DNA of 62,388 nt, counting the filler, from Coriobacteriales bacterium (lineage in GTDB: Bacteria; Actinomycetota; Coriobacteriia; Coriobacteriales; UBA8131), in NCBI GenBank assembly GCA_031263105.1. It is 5 parts of 5 records of this genome, joined end to end, with 100 filler letters (N's around TTAATTAATTAA, not from the genome) between each part and the next. Parts side by side here need not be neighbours in the genome. Positions count along the whole stretch, not along the records: positions 8,799 to 31,153 come from JAISGJ010000170.1; 4 more parts are not named here. One strand, 5' to 3'. The notes below the pieces were generated by a model, which did not search any database, was not told the DNA's origin, and was given only the letters and a program-made list of their open reading frames with translations. Shown piece after piece: positions 8,799 through 20,893 of the stretch. The position numbers and the translations under genes were made by a program. Numbering within the stretch: position 1 is the first letter of the stretch; every line of letters begins with the position of its first letter.

Positions 8799-9060
8799 CA
8801 GCCCACTGCCGCCCCGAGCGCGGGGCCGCCCCCGCAGCCCACTGCCACCCCGAGCGCGGGGCCGCCCCCGCCGTCCACTGCCACCCCGAGCGCAAAGGGC
8901 AACGCCCCCGCACCCCACTGCCACCCCGAGCGCGGGGCCGCCCCTCGCAGCCCACTGCCGCCCCGAGCGCGGGGCCGCCCCCGCAGCCCACTGTCATCCC
9001 GAGCGGAGGGGGGCGAAGCCCCCCGCAGCCGAGGGATCCTTGGCCGCGAAGCGGCCAACC
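8799..9060. repeat. Tandem ~36-bp degenerate repeats of the REP left end, followed by a partial REP element
   Basis: Five units of GCAGCCCACTGCCRCCCCGAGCGCGGGGCCGCCCC lead into CACTGTCATCCCGAGC...CCGAGGGATC. Confidence 0.85.
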
Positions 9061-9216
9061 CATGCCAAGAGCCCGCGCAGCGGGCGACACACTGCGGGCG
9101 ACACACTGTTTCGGCTGTTTGGCTGGAGTCAATGTATGCTACTATGGTGGGGTTATTTTTCGCTTCCCTTAGGGGTGGAGTTCGGTCAGAAGGAAGAGAC
9201 GGTGAGGTAGAGTATC

Positions 9217-9843
9217 ATGGCAGATGAGCAGATTGCTGCAGGTTGGTATCCCGACCCCGCAGGGGATACCACGAGAATCCGTTATTGGGACGGCCAGGCG
9301 TGGACCGAGCAGACCCAGCCTGCGGTGAATCCCGATCTGGCGAGCAGCGGCGCGGGCGCTCCGGCAGGCGCTCCGGCGGCCCCGGCGGCCCCTGTGGGCA
9401 CCCCGGCGGCCCCAACAACTCCCGTAGCCCCGGCAGGCGCAACGCAGGGCGCCCCTGCCCCTGTGTTCTCTGCGGAGCCGCAGCCGATCTATGCGCAGGG
9501 ACAAGGTGCTGCTCCCTATGCCGCAGTCGAGCAGGGCAAGGACCGCAAGGGCTTCGCCGTTGCCAGCCTCGTGCTGGGAATCTTCTCCCTTCCGTGCGCC
9601 TGCTTTGCCTATTTCGCCTTTTTTCCCGGGATCCTTGCGGTCATCTTCGGCATCCTTGGCATGAAAAGCTCCCGGAGGGGAATGGCGATTGCCGGCCTTA
9701 TCATGGGCATCGTGGGCATCATCGGAGGAATCGCCATGACCGTGCTTGTGTTTGTCACGATGCCGGATGTGCTGCAGGACATCATGCGGAACCCCACCGA
9801 GTACGGCCTGCCCTCCGACGCGTTCTCCGGGTACGACTTCTAA
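9217..9843 (+). CDS. DUF2510/DUF4190-like membrane protein
   Basis: AGWYPDP...RYWDGQAWT, a Pro/Ala linker, then ASLVLGI...GMAIAGLIMG transmembrane segments. Confidence 0.85.
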   Translation: MADEQIAAGWYPDPAGDTTRIRYWDGQAWTEQTQPAVNPDLASSGAGAPAGAPAAPAAPVGTPAAPTTPVAPAGATQGAPAPVFSAEPQPIYAQGQGAAPYAAVEQGKDRKGFAVASLVLGIFSLPCACFAYFAFFPGILAVIFGILGMKSSRRGMAIAGLIMGIVGIIGGIAMTVLVFVTMPDVLQDIMRNPTEYGLPSDAFSGYDF

Positions 9844-9912
9844 GAAAGCACACGTAGGCCACAACTGCCAGACACGCGGGCATCAGTCGCATTGGCTACT
9901 GTTCACTCCCCC

Positions 9913-10041
9913 CACTGTCATCCCGAGCCCCGCCGAGGAATCTTTGGACACGCAGTGTCCAACGGCAGGTCGGGGGCCCCTCGACCTGCGGTCGACCGCT
10001 GGCGCGGTCGAGGATTCCTCGGCAGGCTCGGAATGACAGTG
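9913..10041. repeat. REPIN/MITE-like palindromic element
   Basis: CACTGTCATCCCGAGC...GCTCGGAATGACAGTG termini with internal hairpins shared with other copies. Confidence 0.9.
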
Positions 10042-10187
10042 GGGTGTCCGTGGAGGGTGTGACCAGTAACCCGCAGTAACCCGCGTTGTGCCTGGCGACA
10101 CACGTCTGCTTGCGCGTGCGCTCAAAGGGCGGGCAAGTACGGTACAATACTGTTTCCGTTACCCATCCCTGCGCAAAAGGAAGCACC

Positions 10188-11528
10188 ATGGCATTCCAGG
10201 CACCACGCGGCACCACCGACCTGCTCCCGCCGCAGGCGCATGCGCTCGACCGCATCCAGCGCATCGCCTGCTCGGTGTTCGGCCTCTACGGCTACGGGCT
10301 CATCGAGACCCCCGCCTTCGAGCAACTCGACGTCTTCGTCCGGGGCATCGGCCAGGACACCGACGTCGTGGGCAAGGAGATGTTCCATGTGCTCTCGCCC
10401 GGCGCACTCGCGAAGCAGGCCGAGGGCGCACCGCTCAGGCCCGACGACGTCCTCGCCCTGCGGCCCGAGCAGACGGCCTCCGTCGCCCGCGCCGCCGTGC
10501 AGCACGGCCTCGTGCCCCCTGACGGTGCGACGGTCAAGCTCTGGTACCGGGGCACGATGTTTCGGGCGGAACGCCCTCAGAAGGGCCGCCTGCGCGAGTT
10601 CCACCAGGTCGGCGCCGAGTGCCTGGGAGCGGCGGGTCCCTCCGCCGATGCCGAGGCCGTCGTCATGCTCATGCACTTCTTCGAGGAATGCGGCATCCCG
10701 CGCGGCGCCCTGCGCCTCCTCCTCAACTCGATGGGCGATGCGGCCTGCCGCCCTGCCTACCGCAGCCAGGTGCGCGCCTTCATCCTCGACCATGCGGCGG
10801 ATCTCTGCCCCGAATGCGTGCGCCGCGCCGACACGAACCCCCTGCGAGCCTTCGACTGCAAGAACGAGGGATGCCGACAGGTGCTTGCGGACGCCCCCCG
10901 CATCACCGACCTGCTCTGCGACGACTGCGCGGCGCACTATGCCTCCGTCAAGGCCCTCCTCGATGCCGCACGGGTCCCCTACGAGGAGGACCCCCGTCTC
11001 GTGCGCGGCCTCGACTACTACACGCGCACGGTGTTCGAGGTGCAGGCCGACGCCGGCCTCGGTTCGCAGAACGCCTTGGGCGGCGGGGGGCGCTACGACG
11101 GGCTCATACAGGAGTTCGGCGGCAGGCCGACCCCCGGCCTGGGCTTCGCCGTCGGCCTGGAGCGCGTCCAGCTCGTCTTGGAGGCGACGGGCAATGCCCC
11201 TGACGCCCGTCCGGTGCCTGCGGCCTACCTTGCGGCGGTCGACGAGGACGCGCGGCCGGTCGTGTTCGCCCTGGCGCAGGAGCTGCGCGCCGCAGGCCTG
11301 GCGGCCGAGCTCGACCACCAGGGCCGCTCGCTGAAGTCGCAGTTCAAGCAGGCGGACAGGAGCGGGGCGCCCGTGGTGCTCGTCGTCGGCCCCGACGAGA
11401 GGGCGGCCGGCGCAGCGAGGATGCGCCACATGGGCACCCACGAGGAGCGCACCGTCGCCCTCGATGCCGTCGTCGATGCGGTCAAGGGAGAATGCACAGC
11501 GACACAGGAAGGCGACCAGGACAGATGA
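10188..11528 (+). CDS. hisS: Histidine--tRNA ligase
   Basis: PRGTTD, LRPE, FRAERPQKGRLREFHQ, LVRGLDYY and GGGRYD motifs. Confidence 0.97.
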   Translation: MAFQAPRGTTDLLPPQAHALDRIQRIACSVFGLYGYGLIETPAFEQLDVFVRGIGQDTDVVGKEMFHVLSPGALAKQAEGAPLRPDDVLALRPEQTASVARAAVQHGLVPPDGATVKLWYRGTMFRAERPQKGRLREFHQVGAECLGAAGPSADAEAVVMLMHFFEECGIPRGALRLLLNSMGDAACRPAYRSQVRAFILDHAADLCPECVRRADTNPLRAFDCKNEGCRQVLADAPRITDLLCDDCAAHYASVKALLDAARVPYEEDPRLVRGLDYYTRTVFEVQADAGLGSQNALGGGGRYDGLIQEFGGRPTPGLGFAVGLERVQLVLEATGNAPDARPVPAAYLAAVDEDARPVVFALAQELRAAGLAAELDHQGRSLKSQFKQADRSGAPVVLVVGPDERAAGAARMRHMGTHEERTVALDAVVDAVKGECTATQEGDQDR

Positions 11529-13300
11529 CCGAGTACCTCAACACCCATAGCATGCACACCCATACCTGCGGCCAGCTCAGGGCCGCAGCGATCGGAAGCA
11601 CCGTGACGCTGACCGGCTGGGTCGACCACCGCCGTGACCACGGAGGCCTCATCTTCGTCGATTTGCGCGACCGCACGGGCGTCACGCAGGTCGTCTTCGA
11701 CCCCGAGGCCATAGGGGAGCAGTTCGCCTGCGGCGAGCGCATGCGCCCCGAATGGGTCGTCCGCGCCGTCGGCACGGTGCGCGCCCGCCCCGAGGGCACG
11801 GCCAACCCCCACATGCCCACCGGCGAGGTGGAGGTGCTCCTCGCGGAGGTCGAGGTCCTCAACTCCGCAAAGACCCCGCCCTTCCCCATCGAGGACGGCA
11901 TCGAGACCGACGAGGTCACGCGCATGAGGTGGCGCTACCTCGACATCCGGCGCCCCGAGGTGCTCGGTGCGCTCAGGCTGCGCGACACGGTGACGGCGGC
12001 CATGCGCGGCTCCCTCAACAAGCGGGGCTTCCTCGAGGTGGAGACGCCGGTCCTCGGCCGTTCGACACCCGAGGGCGCACGCGACTTCCTCGTGCCCTCG
12101 CGCGTGAGCCAGGGCAGCTTCTATGCGCTGCCGCAGAGCCCCCAGCTCTTCAAGCAGCTCCTCATGGTGGGCGGCATCGAGCGCTACTACCAGATAGCGC
12201 GCTGCTTCCGCGACGAGGACCTGCGTGCCGACCGCCAGCCGGAGTTCACCCAGCTCGACATCGAGATGAGCTTCGTCACGGGCGACGACGTCATGGGGCT
12301 TGCGGAGGACGTCATGGCCGAGGTGCTTGCGGCCGCAGGCGTCGAGCAGGGCTTCCCCCTGCCGCGCATGTGCTACCGCGAGGCGATGGGGCGCTTCGGC
12401 AACGACAGGCCCGACGTGCGCTTCGGGCTCGAGCTCGTGGACGTCTCCCGTGCGGTCGCCGCGAGCGGCTTCAAGGTGTTCTCTGCGGCCGTCGAGGCGG
12501 GCGGCGTGGTCAAGGCCATCAACGCCAAGGGCGCAGGCGGCCTCAGCCGTGGCGAGATCGACAAGATTGCCGCCGTGGCGACGGCCCACGGCGCCAAGGG
12601 CATGGCGTGGATAGCCTTCACGGAGGGCGGCGAGGCGAAGTCGCCCATCGTCAAGTTCTTCTCCGACGAGGAGTTCGCCGCGCTCAAGAAGGCGCTCGAC
12701 GTGCAGCCCGGAGACCTCGTCCTCTTCGGGGCGGACGACTTCGAGACGGTCAGCGCCGCCCTCTCGGCGGTGCGCCTGTACCTCGCCGACCTGCTCGGCA
12801 TCGAGCGGACGGGCCACGGCCTGCTGTGGGTCGTGGACTTCCCCCTCTTCAGCTACGATGCGGACGAGAGGCGCTATACCGCCAACCATCACCCGTTCAC
12901 CCGGGTCAAGGACGAGGATATCGACAAGATCGAGAGCGACCCCCTCGCCTGCGGCAGCTATTCCTGGGACCTGGTCATGGACGGCTGCGAGATCGGGGGC
13001 GGCACGCTGCGCGTCCACAGCCCCGAGCTCCAGCTCCGCATGTTCAGGGCGCTCGGCCTCACCGACGAGGAGGCCAGAGGGCAGTTCGGTTTCCTGCTCG
13101 ACGCCCTCGCCTTCGGTGCGCCGCCCCACGGCGGCATCGCCTTGGGCCTGGACCGTCTCGTCATGCTGCTCGGCGGCTTCGGCTCCATCAGGGACGTCAT
13201 CGCCTTCCCCAAGACCTCCAGCGGCGCCGACCCCATGACCGGCGCCCCCGCCGGGGTGTCCGACCGCCAGCTCAAGGAGCTTGGGCTCCGGGCCCGATGA
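11525..13300 (+). CDS. aspS: Aspartate--tRNA ligase (probably non-discriminating Asp/Asn type)
   Basis: RRDHGG, RYLDIR, ALPQSPQLFKQ, FRDEDLRADRQPEF and PPHGGIALGLDR motifs; His in RRDHG and Gly in RPEG are typical of ND-AspRS. Confidence 0.97.
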   Translation: MTEYLNTHSMHTHTCGQLRAAAIGSTVTLTGWVDHRRDHGGLIFVDLRDRTGVTQVVFDPEAIGEQFACGERMRPEWVVRAVGTVRARPEGTANPHMPTGEVEVLLAEVEVLNSAKTPPFPIEDGIETDEVTRMRWRYLDIRRPEVLGALRLRDTVTAAMRGSLNKRGFLEVETPVLGRSTPEGARDFLVPSRVSQGSFYALPQSPQLFKQLLMVGGIERYYQIARCFRDEDLRADRQPEFTQLDIEMSFVTGDDVMGLAEDVMAEVLAAAGVEQGFPLPRMCYREAMGRFGNDRPDVRFGLELVDVSRAVAASGFKVFSAAVEAGGVVKAINAKGAGGLSRGEIDKIAAVATAHGAKGMAWIAFTEGGEAKSPIVKFFSDEEFAALKKALDVQPGDLVLFGADDFETVSAALSAVRLYLADLLGIERTGHGLLWVVDFPLFSYDADERRYTANHHPFTRVKDEDIDKIESDPLACGSYSWDLVMDGCEIGGGTLRVHSPELQLRMFRALGLTDEEARGQFGFLLDALAFGAPPHGGIALGLDRLVMLLGGFGSIRDVIAFPKTSSGADPMTGAPAGVSDRQLKELGLRAR

Positions 13301-13329
13301 TGCGGTCGGGGAAGGGTCGGGAGGGGACC

Positions 13330-14748
13330 ATGGGCATCGCGCAACGTATCGATGCGCTTCCGATGACGCCCTTCTTGAGGAAGGTCGTCCTTTTGGTGGG
13401 GATAGGCTGGCTCTTCGATGCCATGGACCAGGGCATGGTGAGCGGGGTCATCGCCTCGATCGGCAGCGACTGGCAGCTCGACGCCGCCCAGCGGGGCCTT
13501 CTGGGCAGTTCGGGGATACTCGGCATGATGCTCGGTGCGGCACTCTCCGGCATCGCCTCCGACCGATGGGGAAGGCGCACCGTCATCGTCTCCACCCTTG
13601 CGCTGTTCAGCGTGGGGAGCGCGCTCTGCGGCCTGGCCCCCACCTACGGGGTGCTCCTCGTCTGCCGCTTCCTCACGGGCTTCGGCCTGGGCGGCGAGCT
13701 CCCGGCCGCTTCGACGCTCGTCAGCGAGTTCTCGCCTGTGGCCTCGAGGGGGCGCAACGTCGTCGTCCTTGAGAGCTTCTGGGCCTGGGGCTGGATCGCC
13801 GCCTCGCTGGTCGCCTATCTCGCGATACCGCTGTACGGCTGGCGCGCCGCCTTCTTCATCGGGGCGGTGCCGGCGGTGTTCGCGGCCGCCCTGCGGGCCA
13901 TGGTGCCGGAGTCCCCCCGCTACCTGGAGGCACGCGGCAGACACGAGGAGGCGGAGGCGCTCGTGCGCAGGATGGAGGCCCAGGCGGGCCTGCCCGTCGG
14001 ACCGAATGCCCCGTCCGCCGCGTCTCTTTCCGCCCCCGCCGCCGTGACGGCCGCCTCAGCCCCGCCCCCGTCCGCCCCCGCCCCCGCCGCAGGCGCATCC
14101 CCGCCCTCCTCGGGCGCCCCGTCCCGCCCGCCCTCCTTCCTCGCGATGTTCACGCGCCTCTGGTCGCGGGAGTACCTGCGCTCGACCGTGGTGCTCTGGG
14201 TGCTCTGGTTCGGCATAAACCTCGGCTACTACGGCTTCGTGCTCTGGACCCCCTCGCTGTTGGTGGCCCAGGGCTTCAGCCTGGTCCAGGGCTTCGGGTT
14301 CACGTTGCTCATGTGCATAGCGCAGCTCCCGGGCTACCTCATCGCCGCCGTCCTCATCGAGAAGGCAGGACGCAAGCCGACCCTGACGGCCTTCTTCGCA
14401 GGGACGGCGGCAGCGGCCTGGCTGTTCGGCCACGCGTCCAGCGAGCTTCAGATACTGCTCTCAGGCTGCCTGCTCTACTTCTTCGCCCTCGGCGCCTGGG
14501 GCTGCGTCTATTCGTACACCCCCGAGCTGTACCCCACCGGCATCCGGGGCTCGGGCGTCGGCTGGGCGGCCGCCTGTGGGCGGGTCGGTGCCTTGGCAGG
14601 GCCCATGCTCCTGCCGCTGCTCTACGGGATGTTCGGTGTCGAGAACGGGTTCACGGGCGTGTTCGTCCTTTTGACGGGGGTCTTCCTTGCCGTCGCGCTC
14701 GTGGTGGGGCTGTTCGGCCGCGAGACCAAGGGGCTCGTCCTCGACTGA
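13330..14748 (+). CDS. MFS transporter (aromatic acid/niacin symporter-like)
   Basis: FDAMD, DRWGRR, GLGGE, PESPR and PELYPT motifs; about 12 TMs; Pro/Ala-rich central loop. Confidence 0.92.
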   Translation: MGIAQRIDALPMTPFLRKVVLLVGIGWLFDAMDQGMVSGVIASIGSDWQLDAAQRGLLGSSGILGMMLGAALSGIASDRWGRRTVIVSTLALFSVGSALCGLAPTYGVLLVCRFLTGFGLGGELPAASTLVSEFSPVASRGRNVVVLESFWAWGWIAASLVAYLAIPLYGWRAAFFIGAVPAVFAAALRAMVPESPRYLEARGRHEEAEALVRRMEAQAGLPVGPNAPSAASLSAPAAVTAASAPPPSAPAPAAGASPPSSGAPSRPPSFLAMFTRLWSREYLRSTVVLWVLWFGINLGYYGFVLWTPSLLVAQGFSLVQGFGFTLLMCIAQLPGYLIAAVLIEKAGRKPTLTAFFAGTAAAAWLFGHASSELQILLSGCLLYFFALGAWGCVYSYTPELYPTGIRGSGVGWAAACGRVGALAGPMLLPLLYGMFGVENGFTGVFVLLTGVFLAVALVVGLFGRETKGLVLD

Positions 14749-14806
14749 GGCAGCAGGACAGGGCGGGGCAGGCCAAGGCGTGCCGAGGCGGCACGCGGCC
14801 TGTCGG

Positions 14807-16615
<1,809 letters not shown>

Positions 16616-16724
16616 CGTCCTTTACGCCCTCTCGTTACCGTGACCGTCCCCGTGCATCACCATGCGCCCTGCTTTTGCGGGGTTCTTGCGGGGCCTCGTA
16701 CCGGGCCACAGGCCCCCCTACAGG

Positions 16725-17975
16725 CTACAGGGCCTTCCGCAAGGCCTCTGCGCGGTCGGTCCTCTCCCAGGTGAACTCCGGCAGCTCGCGCCCGAAATGC
16801 CCATAGGACGCCGTCAGGCGGAAGATGGGCCGCCACAGGTCGAGCGCATCGATGATGGCGCCGGGGCGCAGGTCGAAGACCTCGCGTATCGCACGGGCGA
16901 TATGTGCCTCGTCCGCCTCTGCGGTGCCGAAGGTGTCCACCATGAGCGACAGCGGCTCGGCCATGCCGATGCCGTAGGCGACCTGTACCTCGCAGCGCTT
17001 CGCCAGGCCGGCGGCCACGATGTTCTTGGCGACCCAACGGGTCGCGTAGGCGGCCGAGCGGTCGACCTTCGTCGCGTCCTTGCCGCTGAAGCAGCCCCCG
17101 CCGTGACGGCCCTTGCCGCCGTAGGTGTCCACGATGATCTTGCGGCCGGTGACGCCCGTGTCGCCCGCCGGCCCCCCGATGACGAAGCGCCCCGTGGGGT
17201 TGACGTAGATCCCGTTGCGGTCGAAGGGCAGCTCCTCGCGCTCGAAGACCGGCATGATGACATGCGCAAGGAGGTCGGCCGCAAGTTGCCCCTCGACGTC
17301 TATGTCCGCAGTGTGCTGGGCGGAGATGAGGACCTTCTCGACCGAGACGGGGCGTCCCGCCTCGTAGCGCACGCTGACCTGCGTCTTGCCGTCCGGGCGC
17401 AGGTAGCCGAGGACGCCCTCCTTGCGCACTGCGGCCAGGCGCTCGGCGAGGCGGTGGGCAAGGAACAGGGGCATCGGCATCAGCGTGGGCGTCTCGTCGC
17501 AGGCGTAGCCGAACATCATCCCCTGGTCTCCTGCCCCTATGGTCTCATAGGGGTCATGGGCGCCCTTGTCGTGCTGCACCTCGAAGGAGCGGTCGACGCC
17601 GCGTGCGATGTCGCTGCTCTGCTCGCATATGGCGTTTATGACGCCCACCGACCGGCTATGGAAGCCGGTCTCGGGGTCGTTGTAGCCGATCTCCTCGATG
17701 ACCTTGCGCACCACGCCCTCGATATCGACATAGGCCTGCGTCCTGATCTCCCCGGCGAGGATGACGAGGCCGTTCGTCACCAGGGTCTCGCAGGCCACCC
17801 GTGCCTGCCTCGGCCCGGCGTCGCCTGTGGCCGAGGACGCGGCGAGCTCTGCCTCGCGCACGAGTATCTCGTCGAGGATGGCGTCCGCTATCTGGTCGCA
17901 CACCTTGTCGGGATGCCCCTCGGTCACGCTCTCGGAGGTGAACAGGTAGCTGTCGGTGCCGGGAAGGTTCCCCAT
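16725..17975 (-). CDS. metK: S-adenosylmethionine synthetase
   Basis: [19 protein letters not shown] and GGGCFSGKD motifs. Confidence 0.97.
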   Translation of the reverse strand: MGNLPGTDSYLFTSESVTEGHPDKVCDQIADAILDEILVREAELAASSATGDAGPRQARVACETLVTNGLVILAGEIRTQAYVDIEGVVRKVIEEIGYNDPETGFHSRSVGVINAICEQSSDIARGVDRSFEVQHDKGAHDPYETIGAGDQGMMFGYACDETPTLMPMPLFLAHRLAERLAAVRKEGVLGYLRPDGKTQVSVRYEAGRPVSVEKVLISAQHTADIDVEGQLAADLLAHVIMPVFEREELPFDRNGIYVNPTGRFVIGGPAGDTGVTGRKIIVDTYGGKGRHGGGCFSGKDATKVDRSAAYATRWVAKNIVAAGLAKRCEVQVAYGIGMAEPLSLMVDTFGTAEADEAHIARAIREVFDLRPGAIIDALDLWRPIFRLTASYGHFGRELPEFTWERTDRAEALRKAL

Positions 17976-18243
17976 CGTCTGTCCTTTCGGTCGTCCGTCA
18001 TACGTCATATGGCAACCGCTTCCGCAAGGAGGAAAGGAAGCGGTTATGAGACGGGAGATGACACCTCTCAAGGGTAACGCATCGTCGCTGGCCTGTGAAG
18101 GTGTAAAATCGGATACAATGGCATTTGGAGGCTTCCCGGTGCCCCAGGCCCCTCCAACCGGGGCCCCGGCGTCCCGGGGGCGGCGGACAGACTCGTTGGG
18201 AGGTGTCCGTCGAAGGGGACAGGGGCTTTGGGAAAAGGCGGTT

Positions 18244-18957
18244 GTGACAAAGGACAGGACGGCATACCCCCGCAGCCTTCTGCGGGACTACCTCCAGTGG
18301 GACACGGGCACGTGGGCACGGGCGCTCTCGCATTGGGACGGCGTGCTCGGGCAGCGCAGGCTGAAGGGCTGCGAGGCGCTCGATCTGGGTGCGCGCGACG
18401 GGGGGCTGACCCTGTACCTGGCGCAGAAGGGCATGCGGGTCGTCTGCTCCGACCTCGAGGGCCCGAGCCCGCTCGCCCATGAGCTGCATGCGCGTCACGG
18501 CATCGGCGGCCAGGTGACCTACGCGCAGGTGGACGCGACGGCGATACCCTTTGCGGACGGCAGCTTCGACGTCGTCGTCTTCAAGTCGCTCCTGGGCGGC
18601 ATCGGCGCCTGCGGGGGCCTTGCCGCCATGCGGACGGCCGTAGGCGAGATGCTCAGGGTGCTGAGGCCCGGAGGCGTCCTCCTGTTCGCCGAGAACCAAC
18701 GGGCGTCCCTCCTCCACCGGACGGCGCGGAGGCTGTTCGTCCCTTGGGGCAGGAGCTGGCATTACGCCTCGGTCCGGGAGCTCGAGGACATGCTCGCGCC
18801 CTTCGCATGCTTCGAGCTGCGGACCCACGGCTTCCTCGCCTGCTTTTGCAAGGACTTCCCCCCGTTCCTTTTCCTGGACCGCCTGGCCTGTGGCCTGCTT
18901 CGCCCGCAGTGGCGGTACGTGGCCTTCGGCCATGCGGTACGAGAGGGCGAACTATAG
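18244..18957 (+). CDS. Class I SAM-dependent methyltransferase
   Basis: [20 protein letters not shown] and RVLRPGG motifs; start codon uncertain (GTG 18244). Confidence 0.85.
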   Translation: MTKDRTAYPRSLLRDYLQWDTGTWARALSHWDGVLGQRRLKGCEALDLGARDGGLTLYLAQKGMRVVCSDLEGPSPLAHELHARHGIGGQVTYAQVDATAIPFADGSFDVVVFKSLLGGIGACGGLAAMRTAVGEMLRVLRPGGVLLFAENQRASLLHRTARRLFVPWGRSWHYASVRELEDMLAPFACFELRTHGFLACFCKDFPPFLFLDRLACGLLRPQWRYVAFGHAVREGEL

Positions 18958-19071
18958 TATAATAGGGACATTCCCAAAGGAAACCAACGCAGTCGGGGCT
19001 GCCGTTGCCTTTGACGGCGCGGCGCCTCGGCGACGGCGGAGATGCAGGCATGCACACGGACATGCAAAGGA

Positions 19072-20355
19072 GTGATACCGATAGCGGGAAAGACGATAGC
19101 GGAGAAGGTGCTCTCGGCCCATAGCGGCACGGACGCCCGGGCGGGCGACATCGTGGTCGCGGACATCGACTTCGTGATGAGCCAGGACGGCACCTCGGCG
19201 CTCGCCATCGATGCGATGGCCTCCATGGGGGCCGAGACGGTCTTCGACCCCGAGAAGGTCGCCATGGTGATGGACCACAGCTGTCCCTCGCCGCTGGAGG
19301 GCGTGAGCGCCATCCACGCGAAGATGCGCAGCTTCGGCAAGAGGACCGGCGTGCAGGTCTACGACTGGGGGCGGGGCGTCTGCCATCAGCTCGTGCCGGA
19401 GAGCGGCAGGGTCGTCTGCGGGGACCTCGTCGTCGGCTGCGACTCCCATACCTGTACCTACGGGGCGCTCAATGTCTTCTCCACGGGCATCGGCTCCACG
19501 GACGGTGCTGCCGCCATGGCCTCCGGGAGGCTCTGGTTCAAGGTCCCCGAGACCGTTCGTGTCGTCTACGGGGGCAGCCTGCCAGAGGGCGTCTACTCGA
19601 AGGACCTCGTCCTGTACCTCGCAGGGCTTATCGGAGTGGACGGCGCCACCTATCAGGCGCTCGAGTTCTCCGGGCCGGTCATCGACGGGCTTTCCGTCGA
19701 CGCGCGCATGACGATGGCCAACATGGCCATCGAGGTCGGTGCGAAGGCGGGCCTCATGGAGGCCGACGCGAAGACCCTCTCCTTCTTCGAGGAGCGCGCG
19801 GAGCGCACGGGCGTCCCGCTCGGGCGGCCCCCCCGCCCGGTCGCGCCCGACGCGGACGCGGTGTACGCACGCACCGTCGAGATCGAGGTCGGCGCCCTCG
19901 GGCCGCAGGTGGCGAAGCCGCACGCCGTGGGCAACGTCGTGCCGGTGGGCGAGCTTGCGGGCACACCGGTCGCAGAGGGCTATGTCGGCACCTGCACGAA
20001 CGGGCGCCTGGAGGACCTTGCGGTCGCGGCCGACATACTGAGGGGGAAGGCCGTGCATCCCGACGCGCGCCTGGTCGTGGCGCCCGCCTCCCGCGACATC
20101 TACCTCGACGCCATGGCCGCCGGTTACATCCAGGACCTCGTCCTGGCGGGCGCAAGCGTGGTCACCCCCGGCTGCGGCCCCTGCGTCGGCACCCACAACG
20201 GGATCCCGGGCGACGGCGAGAACGTCATATCGACGGCGAACCGCAACTTCAAGGGAAGGATGGGCAACTCCAACGCCTTCATCTACCTGGGAAGCCCTGC
20301 GACCGTGGCCGCCTCGATGCTGACCGCGACGATAACCGACCCGAGGACGCTGTGA
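19072..20355 (+). CDS. leuC: Isopropylmalate/homoaconitate-type dehydratase large subunit
   Basis: TIAEK, DSHTCTYGA, GTCTNGR, PGCGPC and STANRNFKGRMG motifs; start ambiguous (GTG 19072 or ATA 19081); substrate not established. Confidence 0.88.
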   Translation: MIPIAGKTIAEKVLSAHSGTDARAGDIVVADIDFVMSQDGTSALAIDAMASMGAETVFDPEKVAMVMDHSCPSPLEGVSAIHAKMRSFGKRTGVQVYDWGRGVCHQLVPESGRVVCGDLVVGCDSHTCTYGALNVFSTGIGSTDGAAAMASGRLWFKVPETVRVVYGGSLPEGVYSKDLVLYLAGLIGVDGATYQALEFSGPVIDGLSVDARMTMANMAIEVGAKAGLMEADAKTLSFFEERAERTGVPLGRPPRPVAPDADAVYARTVEIEVGALGPQVAKPHAVGNVVPVGELAGTPVAEGYVGTCTNGRLEDLAVAADILRGKAVHPDARLVVAPASRDIYLDAMAAGYIQDLVLAGASVVTPGCGPCVGTHNGIPGDGENVISTANRNFKGRMGNSNAFIYLGSPATVAASMLTATITDPRTL

Positions 20356-20387
20356 GCGCAACGGCCGACGAGGGAGCAAGGAGCGAC

Positions 20388-20891
20388 ATGACGATACGGG
20401 CGAAGGCCGTCAGGTTCGGCGACGACGTCAACACCGACTACATCATCAGCGGCAAGTACAAGTTCAAGTCCAACGACATACAGGACATGGCGCGCCATGC
20501 CATGGAGGAGCTCGACCCGCGCTACTATGGGCGCGTGTCGCCGGAAGGCGGCATCCTTGTGGCCGGCACGAACTTCGGCTGCGGCTCGTCGCGGGAGCAG
20601 GCGCCGCTCGTGCTCATCCACTCGAACACCCGGGCGGTGCTCGCCAAGAGCTTCGCCCGCATCTTCTTCCGCAACGCGATAAACACCGGCCTCCCCGTGA
20701 TCGAGTGCGACACAGGACGCATCAACGAGGGCGACGAGGTGGCCGTAGACCTCGAGGGCGGCGTCGTGAGGGACCTGACGACAGGCGAGGACCTGCCGTT
20801 CGCCCCCCTCCCTGCGGTCATGGCAAGGCTTTTGGCGGACGGCGGGCTCGCCGCGCATTTCCGCAAACACGGGACCTTTTCATTGGAGTGA
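20388..20891 (+). CDS. leuD: Isopropylmalate/homoaconitate-type dehydratase small subunit
   Basis: DDVNTDYII, NFGCGSSREQA and SFARIFFRNAIN motifs. Confidence 0.88.
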   Translation: MTIRAKAVRFGDDVNTDYIISGKYKFKSNDIQDMARHAMEELDPRYYGRVSPEGGILVAGTNFGCGSSREQAPLVLIHSNTRAVLAKSFARIFFRNAINTGLPVIECDTGRINEGDEVAVDLEGGVVRDLTTGEDLPFAPLPAVMARLLADGGLAAHFRKHGTFSLE

Positions 20892-20893
20892 TG

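Noticed and set aside
10042..10187. T-box upstream of hisS-aspS or valS
   Set aside because: No GGTGGNACCGCG T-box sequence or specifier stem is seen.
11225..13129. Long antisense and alternate-frame ORFs (e.g. 3996-6077, 11225-13129, 42132-44888, 46187-49015, 48381-51053)
   Set aside because: Shadow ORFs expected in high-GC coding DNA; they overlap well-supported genes and have no motifs.
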